IMG/VR virus record: IMGVR_UViG_3300042453_001906
DNA: 64,000 bases
From: an uncultured virus (IMG/VR IMGVR_UViG_3300042453_001906)
Taxonomy: Duplodnaviria; Heunggongvirae; Uroviricota; Caudoviricetes
Direction: 5' to 3' (one strand)
Positions 10,839 through 19,053 of the stretch are shown here, piece after piece (position 1 is the stretch's first letter; each line of letters begins with the position of its first letter). The translations under genes and the position numbers were made by a program. Below the pieces are notes generated by a model, which was given only the letters and a program-made list of their open reading frames with translations, ran no database searches and had not been told where the DNA came from.

Positions 10839-11170
10839 CTGATCACCCACCGAAAAACATAAAATGACAACAACCCACCCCCGTACACAACTGGAATCTG
10901 CCACACGCAACCAAACAGCAGAGAAACCCCCGCTGCAATCCACACCCCAAAGCAAACAGGACAGGAGAACAGTTTCACGAAGAAACCGGGACGGTGCGTA
11001 AGCATGAAATCGCTGTACTGCAACTGCGGATCGTGTTGCTTGAAATCCAAGTATTCACGAACCCGCATGGGAACACACACAAAAGGAATACGAGAACCGT
11101 ACTCGTAGACGGCATTTGTGCCGTACAGAATCCAAAGCAAAAAAGCAGTCCACGCTAATGCCAAAACCAT
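10826..11170 (-). CDS. Small membrane protein with CxxC motif (DUF1360-like)
   Basis: Hydrophobic segments; KLFSCPVCFGVWIA resembles the DUF1360 CPxCxxxW motif; GGAGG RBS. Confidence 0.6.
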   Translation of the reverse strand: MVLALAWTAFLLWILYGTNAVYEYGSRIPFVCVPMRVREYLDFKQHDPQLQYSDFMLTHRPGFFVKLFSCPVCFGVWIAAGVSLLFGCVWQIPVVYGGGLLSFYVFRWVIRWTN

Positions 11171-11190
11171 GAGTTCACCTCCAGCAGTAT

Positions 11191-11679
11191 TTATTCGGAT
11201 GCCGGATCGACAAATGCCTTGTTCGTGGAACGGGCACTGTTGATGATGTCCTGCAATTCTCGGGTTGATCCCACATAAATGGCATTGTTCGTGGTGTTGT
11301 TCGTCGTGGTCTTCGTGTCTTCTTTTCGTATTGCCTTCATCTGATCGTGCAGGCTCAACAGATCACGATTGGTTTCAGATAGTGTCTTTATCATCTGTGC
11401 CACCACCTCATACGCTCGGGGAGAATCGCCTTCCTGTGCCACTGCAAGCACACCGTCAAGGGCATTCTTGCCTGCGTCAACCAGTTCACGCAGATTTCCC
11501 CGCACGGTGTCGTAGTCGTGCTTCAGGTCACGGGCAAGCCCCTCTTCAGTAAGGGGAGCAGACGGTATCCTGACAACGGGCATACGCTGATCAGATTCGG
11601 ACTTCAGGATTTCGCTGCCAGCCGACTCCGTTGGCGGCAGTCCGAGTGCTGTTTCAATATTGGAAAAACTGTCAGCCAT
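11191..11679 (-). CDS. gp16: Terminase small subunit
   Basis: DYDTVRGNL, SPRAYEV, NNAIYVGSTRELQ motifs of T4-like gp16. Confidence 0.93.
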   Translation of the reverse strand: MADSFSNIETALGLPPTESAGSEILKSESDQRMPVVRIPSAPLTEEGLARDLKHDYDTVRGNLRELVDAGKNALDGVLAVAQEGDSPRAYEVVAQMIKTLSETNRDLLSLHDQMKAIRKEDTKTTTNNTTNNAIYVGSTRELQDIINSARSTNKAFVDPASE

Positions 11680-12544
11680 AGAATGCTCCCATGCTCTGTG
11701 TTACACCCGAAGAATCAAACCACCCAACAGTGACCCCGGCTGCAAGCGTGGTTCCGCTGTGGTATTCGAATATCTTGGCATACGGATCGTAGTTGTACTT
11801 GCTTGAACTTGCACCGCTTGGGCCAGAGATTCCAATGAATATCTTTGCAAGGTCTGCTGCTGTTGCGCCCGATCCCGTGTATCCGGCAGTGTAGCCGCTG
11901 TCGTAATACGACATGTCCAAGAAACGGGGAACCACCTTCCTGATCTCGCTGTAGGTCTTTGTTGGGCCAAAGATGTAGGTCTTCATGGTGAAGTTCAGCG
12001 TGAATATGATGGAACGCCGCGTTTGAAAGTCTCCCTCGTATTCTTCCTCCGATGTCACGGAATTCAAGTAGATGGGAACATCCACCTTTCGGTTCACATC
12101 ATCGAAATTCATGGTGGTCACGAATTCAGGCGCAAAGTACGGCAGAATCTGCTCTACTATCTGCAAACCATCGTCCATGTTGCGGGTATAGATGTACAAT
12201 CCGAAATCTATGTTGTACGGAACCTCCGCAAAGGTGTACTTCACCGCTGCTGTCTGCGTGTCGCGGACAATATTTTTCTGTAGGCTGTTGCGCTTGCGGG
12301 TTGGATCGTATGCAAATCCCGTGATCTCAAATGCCATTCGTGGCAGCGTGATTTGCATGGGGTTCTGCAAGTACGGATCGCCTGCCAAACGAACCTTGTA
12401 CTTTTCCTTTGGAGCGTAGGCAATGGGCACTTCGATGTATTTTGTGCCTGCGGACTCTTGGCGAGATATGGTTACCTGATTGAATATGGAACCAAATGCC
12501 ACCACCATCTTGCGTATGGAGCCGTTGTAGAATTGGGTAAACAT
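11672..12544 (-). CDS. gp15: Tail sheath stabilizer / completion protein
   Basis: FYNGSIRKMVVAFGSIFN, VPIAYAPKEK, LPRMAFE, QIVEQILPYF. Confidence 0.95.
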   Translation of the reverse strand: MFTQFYNGSIRKMVVAFGSIFNQVTISRQESAGTKYIEVPIAYAPKEKYKVRLAGDPYLQNPMQITLPRMAFEITGFAYDPTRKRNSLQKNIVRDTQTAAVKYTFAEVPYNIDFGLYIYTRNMDDGLQIVEQILPYFAPEFVTTMNFDDVNRKVDVPIYLNSVTSEEEYEGDFQTRRSIIFTLNFTMKTYIFGPTKTYSEIRKVVPRFLDMSYYDSGYTAGYTGSGATAADLAKIFIGISGPSGASSSKYNYDPYAKIFEYHSGTTLAAGVTVGWFDSSGVTQSMGAFYG

Positions 12545-13434
12545 CAGTACAGCCCCTCGGAGAACGGATCTTTCTCGGTGAAATCGAAGATTTCGTCACG
12601 ATTGGCTTCAAGATCAAGTGCTTCGTTGTCCTGTATTTTGGCATTGGTTGTGCGGATGTTGGTATCCGTAACTGCCGTAATGGGATACGATGCTGCACTT
12701 GTCTTGCCAACAATGGTGTCGCCCACCTCAAACTTGCCGCTGCTGATGTTAACCGTAAGGTACTTGATCGGCGGATCGTCATTCGTGACCGTGTACGCAT
12801 CAACATAACCTACCGCATGTGGACTGCTGACGCTTCCTGCGTACACTTCTTCTCCCTTCGTGTATGTGCCGCTTCCGCTGCCAAGGGTGAACCGTTTCTT
12901 GTAGGTGGCAACTGCCTGCACCACCGAATCCATGTCGCTTTCACCTGTGTCGATCTCTTCCTGCGTGTACTTGAAGGCTTCGCAATACAGTTTAAACGAA
13001 TACCGTTGCCCCAATGGATAGAACGGATTGTCGTGTTCCACAAACTTGATCTCAAACAGATTGTACGGATAGTCAAAATAAATCAGATCGCCTTCGCGTG
13101 GACGACCAAGATCACGAATGGACAAGTTGTGTCCCATGACTTCCAAGAATCGTCTTTTTGAAACAATGAATGTGCAGTTCTCGCGGATGTCTAACCCGAA
13201 CCGCGTCATGTCGCTTTCGCCGTCAAACCCTTCCGCATTCTCCATGTACATTTCAATCCGATTTGCATCATTGAAACGCGAGACTTCCTCACCAAATATC
13301 TTGTCGTCCTTCACCGTGTCCCGTGGAATGTACACCATTTCGTGACCGTGGATTTTTATTGCTTCCGTGGTCAGCGATTCCAAGAGAGCCTGCTCTCCCG
13401 TTACATTCCTGCGAAAATACGGGTTTACTGCCAT
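12544..13434 (-). CDS. gp14: Neck protein
   Basis: NPYF, YIPR, RPREGDLIYF, FEIKFVEH, DFTEKDPF. Confidence 0.95.
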   Translation of the reverse strand: MAVNPYFRRNVTGEQALLESLTTEAIKIHGHEMVYIPRDTVKDDKIFGEEVSRFNDANRIEMYMENAEGFDGESDMTRFGLDIRENCTFIVSKRRFLEVMGHNLSIRDLGRPREGDLIYFDYPYNLFEIKFVEHDNPFYPLGQRYSFKLYCEAFKYTQEEIDTGESDMDSVVQAVATYKKRFTLGSGSGTYTKGEEVYAGSVSSPHAVGYVDAYTVTNDDPPIKYLTVNISSGKFEVGDTIVGKTSAASYPITAVTDTNIRTTNAKIQDNEALDLEANRDEIFDFTEKDPFSEGLY

Positions 13435-13437
13435 GCT

Positions 13438-14193
13438 TTATCCTGTGATGAAATCGGGTGGCAATTGGTACTTGCTCTGCACATCCTCTTCCAGTTTGGA
13501 GAGTTCTTCCATTGCTTCTTGGTAAATCTTGGAGCCATTGAAGGTGACATTTCCCGGCAGTGGCATCCCTTCGTACTTGGACAGATTCACTCCCCACTGC
13601 CGCTTGATGAGGGCAATGGTGTACTTCTTGAGAAAATTGTCGTTATAGATTTCCGTGGCAACTTCAGGATCGTTGGCAGTATACGCTTCAATCAACAGGT
13701 ATGTTCCTGCAAGCATGTCAGTGGTGGTGGCATCAAAATACAGCCGATTGGTCACACGATTAAACCTTATCTGCTTTTCGGGATCAAGAAGTTGTTGCAG
13801 CAGTTCAATGTACTGCATGGTGGACACATAGTAGTTTAGGTTGGTCTGCCCGGTACGCAATCCGTAGAAGTCGTTCAATGCCAACTGATACCGGATGTTG
13901 AAGATGTTGTGTGTGGAGATGTTGAAGCCCATCTGAAATATGCGATTAATGGTCAGGATGGACGGGTCGATGGGGGTGGTGTCTATCCACTTGCGGGAAA
14001 TGTCTTCCGCAGTTAATGGGTAGGTGTAATACATCTTCGTACCGCCGTCGTGATGCCACTTGGCAAAGTACTGCAAGGCTTCGTCTATGCGGTCTTCTAC
14101 CTGTGAGTCTTCGACATTCACCTCAATGACAGGCTGACCCAATGCCCGGAGGCAGTAGTCCTTGAGTTCTTGTCGTGTGGTTGGCTTGGCCAT
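13438..14193 (-). CDS. gp13: Neck protein / head-tail adaptor
   Basis: LKDYCLRALGQPVIEVNV, KRQWGVNLSKY, LPGNVTFNG. Confidence 0.95.
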   Translation of the reverse strand: MAKPTTRQELKDYCLRALGQPVIEVNVEDSQVEDRIDEALQYFAKWHHDGGTKMYYTYPLTAEDISRKWIDTTPIDPSILTINRIFQMGFNISTHNIFNIRYQLALNDFYGLRTGQTNLNYYVSTMQYIELLQQLLDPEKQIRFNRVTNRLYFDATTTDMLAGTYLLIEAYTANDPEVATEIYNDNFLKKYTIALIKRQWGVNLSKYEGMPLPGNVTFNGSKIYQEAMEELSKLEEDVQSKYQLPPDFITG

Positions 14194-14254
14194 GCAGTCT
14201 CCTTTTCAAGTATTTAGACTCTACGGAGAGCCGCACGATCATGCTGAATAAATG

Positions 14255-15742
14255 TCAAGCAAACACAGCAACACTGAAATTTCTTGGATTGTAGAACGCA
14301 CCATCACCAGCACCTTTGAAAGCCACATAAAAAGTACTTGCCGTGGGTGCTACCCTAGCATTAGACGCATTGGTATGCAATTCCGCACAAAGTGTTCGAT
14401 TGCTTCCATCCAACGATGTGCTTACAACAACGGTATATGTTGCAGTAGGCATATTTGTAGTAAAATCAAACTTGAATACTCCTCTTGCGTTTTGAGTGAC
14501 TGTTAGATTTTCACTATCTTGCGATACTATAACTGCACTTGCTGCTGTAGAAGCAGCAGCACTATCGGTGTTTACAACCGCTGAAAACGCACGACAGGCA
14601 TACATTGGAGCAGAACCGCTTGGAGTAAGGGTGGCATTTGCAACTTTCAGTGAGGATGCGATTTCCACTGAACCATCACCACGAATAAGCATTGCTGGTG
14701 CTGATCTAGCATCGGCAGTGAGTCCAGTTGAACGATTAATCAGATCAATGTTTAGTCTGTTGTTTGATGGGGTTGCGTTTCCTGTTCCTGTTGTCCACAC
14801 CTTGAAGGCATTTGTGGAGTTCTGCGAGAACAGTATGCCACCCCAACCATCGTCATTGCTGTCTGATGTGAAATCCGCAGCGTAATCAGTTATGCTGCTA
14901 TATCCTCCATCACCAACAGTAAGTGTTGCGGTTGGGTTTGTTGTTAAGATTCCAACATATCCGTTGGAGGTGATTCGCATCCGTTCCACATTTGAACTTC
15001 CGTCAGCAGGAGTGGTGAAAAATTTCAGGAATCCGCTGTGGTCAGTCGTGCCCTCGTTTCCTCCATCAATGTATCCGCCTGCAAGTGTGACACCGGATTG
15101 GGAATTCCGCGAACCAATACCAATTCGTCCGTATCGTTCAGCCGCAACCGAAGACCCGTCGTCCCATACGAAAATACCAGCACCTGTTCCACCAACCAGT
15201 AAACGATTGTATCCAAAAAAAGCACTACCTGTCGGGAATACGCCCCTGTCGCTGATGGACACCGTGCCACGCACATCAAGTTTGGCTACGGGAGATGTTG
15301 TTCCAATTCCAATTTCACCATCAGCAGTCAACCGCATCTTCTCCACATGTCCGATGGCAAACATGAGATTGGTGGCAGTTGTGTTGTAACTCTCATTCAA
15401 CACAATACCTTCGCTTGTTGCGGTCACGAACAGTCTTGGGCGATAGTCCGATCCACTCGAATTGTTTGATATAAATGACGCAAGAGTGATTCCCGCTGTT
15501 GTAGCAGCGGTAACAGGCACAGTGCTTACCACGCTGAATACGGCATTACCCCCGCTTGGCTTAACTCCATTGTCTGAAACCCGAGAAGTTCCATCAACAT
15601 GAAGGGTTGCAAGTGGACTTGAAGTTCCTATTCCTACAAGACCATCACTTCCCACTCGTACCCGCTGAGTAGCGTTGGTGGAAACAATCAGCGGATCGCT
15701 GTCGCTCTGTGGTTGGATGTTGCTTGCCTTTAGTGTACTCAT
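14255..15742 (-). CDS. Tail fibre-like protein
   Basis: N-terminal MSTLKASNIQP; repeated G.VGIGT..P modules. Confidence 0.75.
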   Translation of the reverse strand: MSTLKASNIQPQSDSDPLIVSTNATQRVRVGSDGLVGIGTSSPLATLHVDGTSRVSDNGVKPSGGNAVFSVVSTVPVTAATTAGITLASFISNNSSGSDYRPRLFVTATSEGIVLNESYNTTATNLMFAIGHVEKMRLTADGEIGIGTTSPVAKLDVRGTVSISDRGVFPTGSAFFGYNRLLVGGTGAGIFVWDDGSSVAAERYGRIGIGSRNSQSGVTLAGGYIDGGNEGTTDHSGFLKFFTTPADGSSNVERMRITSNGYVGILTTNPTATLTVGDGGYSSITDYAADFTSDSNDDGWGGILFSQNSTNAFKVWTTGTGNATPSNNRLNIDLINRSTGLTADARSAPAMLIRGDGSVEIASSLKVANATLTPSGSAPMYACRAFSAVVNTDSAAASTAASAVIVSQDSENLTVTQNARGVFKFDFTTNMPTATYTVVVSTSLDGSNRTLCAELHTNASNARVAPTASTFYVAFKGAGDGAFYNPRNFSVAVFA

Positions 15743-15755
15743 CGTTTTCTCCGTG

Positions 15756-16052
15756 TCAGGTCAGCGATTGCAGTTCGTTACGCAGGGCAATTGCCTGTGT
15801 GTTCAGCCCGTCCAAGTATGCCGTGTCGCCCTCTGCAAGCGGACGAATGCGCCGTGCGTCAAGTGCTGCCAGTTCTGCTTTGATCTGTGCAATGCGTGGA
15901 TTGGGGAGAGGGTCGGCAGGGAGTGGGGTATTTCCCGCTGCACACCACGCCAAGTACTGTGCATAGTCGGTGTTCAGTGGGTCGGTTGGAATCACTGCGC
16001 CGTCGTCTACGCGGAGAACATGAGTGGCACGATTGAATAATTTGTAGTTCAT
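15756..16052 (-). CDS. Putative tail fibre assembly / chaperone protein
   Basis: IPTDPLNTDYAQYLAW..GNTP motif and C-terminal LRNEL; sits among fibre genes; start taken at MNYKLF. Confidence 0.65.
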   Translation of the reverse strand: MNYKLFNRATHVLRVDDGAVIPTDPLNTDYAQYLAWCAAGNTPLPADPLPNPRIAQIKAELAALDARRIRPLAEGDTAYLDGLNTQAIALRNELQSLT

Positions 16053-16062
16053 CGGGGGTTCC

Positions 16063-17634
16063 TCACAGTTCTGCTGAGTAGTCAAATCCAGCAGCCGTAC
16101 TGTTGTTGAATTGGAAGGATCCTGTTGTAGTAACTGTTACATGCATAATATAGTTGTGGTTGGAGTACGCTTCTCCGTGTACTCCTGTTCCGCTTGACGC
16201 AGAACAGTTGCTGAATGCAAATGCTGCGGGGTTGTATCTTGTCATTGTTGGTATTGCTCTCATGGGACGGAGCAGGGTTAGTGTCTGCACTACTCCTGCT
16301 CCAGCAGCACCGTATCCCGCAAAGTTTTGGTAAATGTTTCTCTGAAAATATCGCTGACACAACGCCAGTTCTGTTTCATACGGACGGTGTTCAAACGGAG
16401 TGGCAACATTTCCAAGTTCCCACTGCACACCAGTAATGTCCAAGTATCCGCCCGAGTATCCGGTTATTTGCACTCCTGTTCCGTCTGTGTACGGAGAATA
16501 CGACAAATACACTCCATCACGGGTTAGCCATGTGTTTCGGGTTCCGTATCCAGATAGTCCTGAACCAAGATTGAAACCTAAATACGCAAATCCCCTAGAA
16601 GCAGTGTTGTCCACAAGAGTTGTAGGAGCAATATCATAAGTCCATCCCGTGCTAGTGGTGTCTCCGGGAATAGTTACAGTCTTGTACTCCCATGTGTCTG
16701 CGGAATTTATCGTGTACGGGAAAAGGTATGATCGGGTTCCGCTTGGATACGAACCTATTTGTCCCTCAAATGTTCCGGTTTGGTTGGAACGAACCCAAAA
16801 TGACACGGTTGATGTTTTTGCAGTGGATTTGCCGTAATCAAAATCCATTAGTGTGGACGCTTCAATAGGCTGAAAGAATGACGAAACTGATGTGTTTGCA
16901 TACGAACCGCCTGCGACTCCACCCGCAGTGGCTCCGCTCAGAATGCGGCAGTAACGAGTAAATCCCTGTGGGGGTGAAACAGTCAAGCCGCCATAGAACT
17001 GGAATGTGATTCCCGGACTTCTTTGGAATTGCCATCTGTCGTATAGTTTAGAGGTGGTCGGGGAAGAAATACTTACAGGGCCTGTAGTTGGACCAAATCC
17101 GTTGATGTTTGGATTGGTGGTGGTTCCGCGCTGATTCACGATCATGCTGCCGTTAATGACACGGTTTCGGAACATGAACGGAGAAGCCATTACTGCTGTT
17201 CCACTCACCGAAACATTTCCGGCAACGGAAAGTGAAGCACCGGGAGTAATAGTTCCTATTCCCACATTTCCTTCTTTGGTGATGGTCATGGCAGTTATAC
17301 CATCATGTACAATATTTGATGATCCAGTAGACTCTCTGACCTGTGTTCTGTTGTTAACGACGAAATACAAACTTCCGTTGGTTTGCCCTTCCCCGGCAAC
17401 AATCCAGTTCAAACCATTATTTCCTAATTGCAGGTAATTCCAAGCAAGTTTGGAAGAATAACTCAATCCAATAGCACCATCTCCGTAACGAGCCATGAAA
17501 TAATTTCCTGGTCCAACCGTAGCATTACCCGAAATTGAAGCAGAACCACCCATGAAAGTGGTAACTGCATCAACAGTCACGGTTCCTGCGGTTGAGCCTA
17601 CGGGTTCGATTCGGTTGGTCTTGATTGTACTCAT
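16063..17634 (-). CDS. Tail fibre protein with carbohydrate-binding-like domain
   Basis: FRNRVINGSM..NQRG, DRW, ITGVQWELGNVATPFEHRPYETELALCQRYF. Confidence 0.8.
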   Translation of the reverse strand: MSTIKTNRIEPVGSTAGTVTVDAVTTFMGGSASISGNATVGPGNYFMARYGDGAIGLSYSSKLAWNYLQLGNNGLNWIVAGEGQTNGSLYFVVNNRTQVRESTGSSNIVHDGITAMTITKEGNVGIGTITPGASLSVAGNVSVSGTAVMASPFMFRNRVINGSMIVNQRGTTTNPNINGFGPTTGPVSISSPTTSKLYDRWQFQRSPGITFQFYGGLTVSPPQGFTRYCRILSGATAGGVAGGSYANTSVSSFFQPIEASTLMDFDYGKSTAKTSTVSFWVRSNQTGTFEGQIGSYPSGTRSYLFPYTINSADTWEYKTVTIPGDTTSTGWTYDIAPTTLVDNTASRGFAYLGFNLGSGLSGYGTRNTWLTRDGVYLSYSPYTDGTGVQITGYSGGYLDITGVQWELGNVATPFEHRPYETELALCQRYFQRNIYQNFAGYGAAGAGVVQTLTLLRPMRAIPTMTRYNPAAFAFSNCSASSGTGVHGEAYSNHNYIMHVTVTTTGSFQFNNSTAAGFDYSAEL

Positions 17635-17643
17635 GGTGTTCTC

Positions 17644-19044
17644 TTATTTAGCCTTTAGTTCCGCGATTTCCGCTGCCTGTGCGTCCACGATGCCCTTGAG
17701 TTCCTGAACGGACTTCACCAATACTGCTATGATTGCGCGATCACTGTAGTTCTTGAATTTTTCTGCTGTTTCCGGTTCGGGTGATGCCTCGGGAATGACT
17801 GCTGCCACCTCTTGTGCCACAAATCCCAGTTCCTCGTATGGATGGGCAAAGGGTGAGTCATCGTTCCAGCGATAGTAGGTGGGCAACAGGCGGGAAACCT
17901 TGTCCAAACCGCTGTCAAGTGAGCGTGTTTTGGTCTTGTGGCGACCGTCTGATGCGCTTATAACTCCGGTGGAAGAGGTGGTGAGCGTTCCCGCTCCATA
18001 TGAGTGAAATGTGATTGTTCCTGTTCTGGCTATGGTCATTTTAATTGTTTCGGCTGTGGTTGCCGTACCGCCGTTGTTCGTGAAGATGTTTATCTCTCCA
18101 CCACCATTTGCACCACTTGACGGTGAAACGCAAGTGATTGCCGCTTTTATCTTGTTGTCATTTGCCTGACCTCCTGCCACAAAGAAAATTCGTCCAAATG
18201 TGGTGTTTGTCGTTATTGCAGATGATGCCTTTGGGTTGTTTAGTTCTATGCGACCGTCTGCTGAGTCTGTATCGGTTGCTCGTCCAATCAAGGAAAGAAC
18301 AGACGAATACTGTGTACTGCCTGTATTATTCGTGTATGATTGCGGGGACATTCCACTAGTCAGTCCTATTCCAACCTGACCGTATTGGTCAATCCAAAAT
18401 CGGTCAACATATGTTGATGGATGGGATCCAAGTCTGCGATCAAGTATGCGAAACATCTTTACGGAATTGTTGGTCTGTGCCAAAATTCCCCAGTCCGCTC
18501 CATTCACATACTCATCTGTCAACCGGATTTCTGCCTGCGTGTATCTTGGCCCACCATATACATGAAGTGGAGCAATACCAACAGTAGCACCAACCACAAC
18601 GCTGCCACCAACAGGGTTCAGCGCAAGAGAGCGTTGTGTATTGTCTGAATTTTGCACTTGCAGCCAAGCAGCACTGACCCCGCTGTTCCCAAAAAACAGC
18701 GTAGTGTTTCCTGCACTGGCGCGAATTGAGGCATTTGCCCGGTTTCTAGTGGTCGTGAATGTGTTGAGTTGCGGGTCAAGCAAACCAGAGTTTGACGCAC
18801 TGACAACTTCCAAATCCACATTAGGCGTTCCGCTCACGGCAGAGCCAATAGCCAACTTGCCATTAAAGTTTGACGCACCACTGACCGTAAGCGAACCGCT
18901 GAATGTGCTGCTCACAGTGCTTGAAACCGTCATCACGCCGCTTGGGGTGATACGAATGCGCTCGGTGTCTGCCGAGCCTGTCTTCAAGATCAGGTTGTTG
19001 GTTCCAAGTGTTGGTTGAATTGAATCAGACTTAATGGTACTCAT
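17644..19044 (-). CDS. Tail fibre/spike with C-terminal intramolecular chaperone (peptidase S74-like)
   Basis: SDGRHK cleavage motif, LGFVAQEV, terminal coiled coil KSVQELK. Confidence 0.85.
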   Translation of the reverse strand: MSTIKSDSIQPTLGTNNLILKTGSADTERIRITPSGVMTVSSTVSSTFSGSLTVSGASNFNGKLAIGSAVSGTPNVDLEVVSASNSGLLDPQLNTFTTTRNRANASIRASAGNTTLFFGNSGVSAAWLQVQNSDNTQRSLALNPVGGSVVVGATVGIAPLHVYGGPRYTQAEIRLTDEYVNGADWGILAQTNNSVKMFRILDRRLGSHPSTYVDRFWIDQYGQVGIGLTSGMSPQSYTNNTGSTQYSSVLSLIGRATDTDSADGRIELNNPKASSAITTNTTFGRIFFVAGGQANDNKIKAAITCVSPSSGANGGGEINIFTNNGGTATTAETIKMTIARTGTITFHSYGAGTLTTSSTGVISASDGRHKTKTRSLDSGLDKVSRLLPTYYRWNDDSPFAHPYEELGFVAQEVAAVIPEASPEPETAEKFKNYSDRAIIAVLVKSVQELKGIVDAQAAEIAELKAK

Positions 19045-19053
19045 GGCTTCCTC

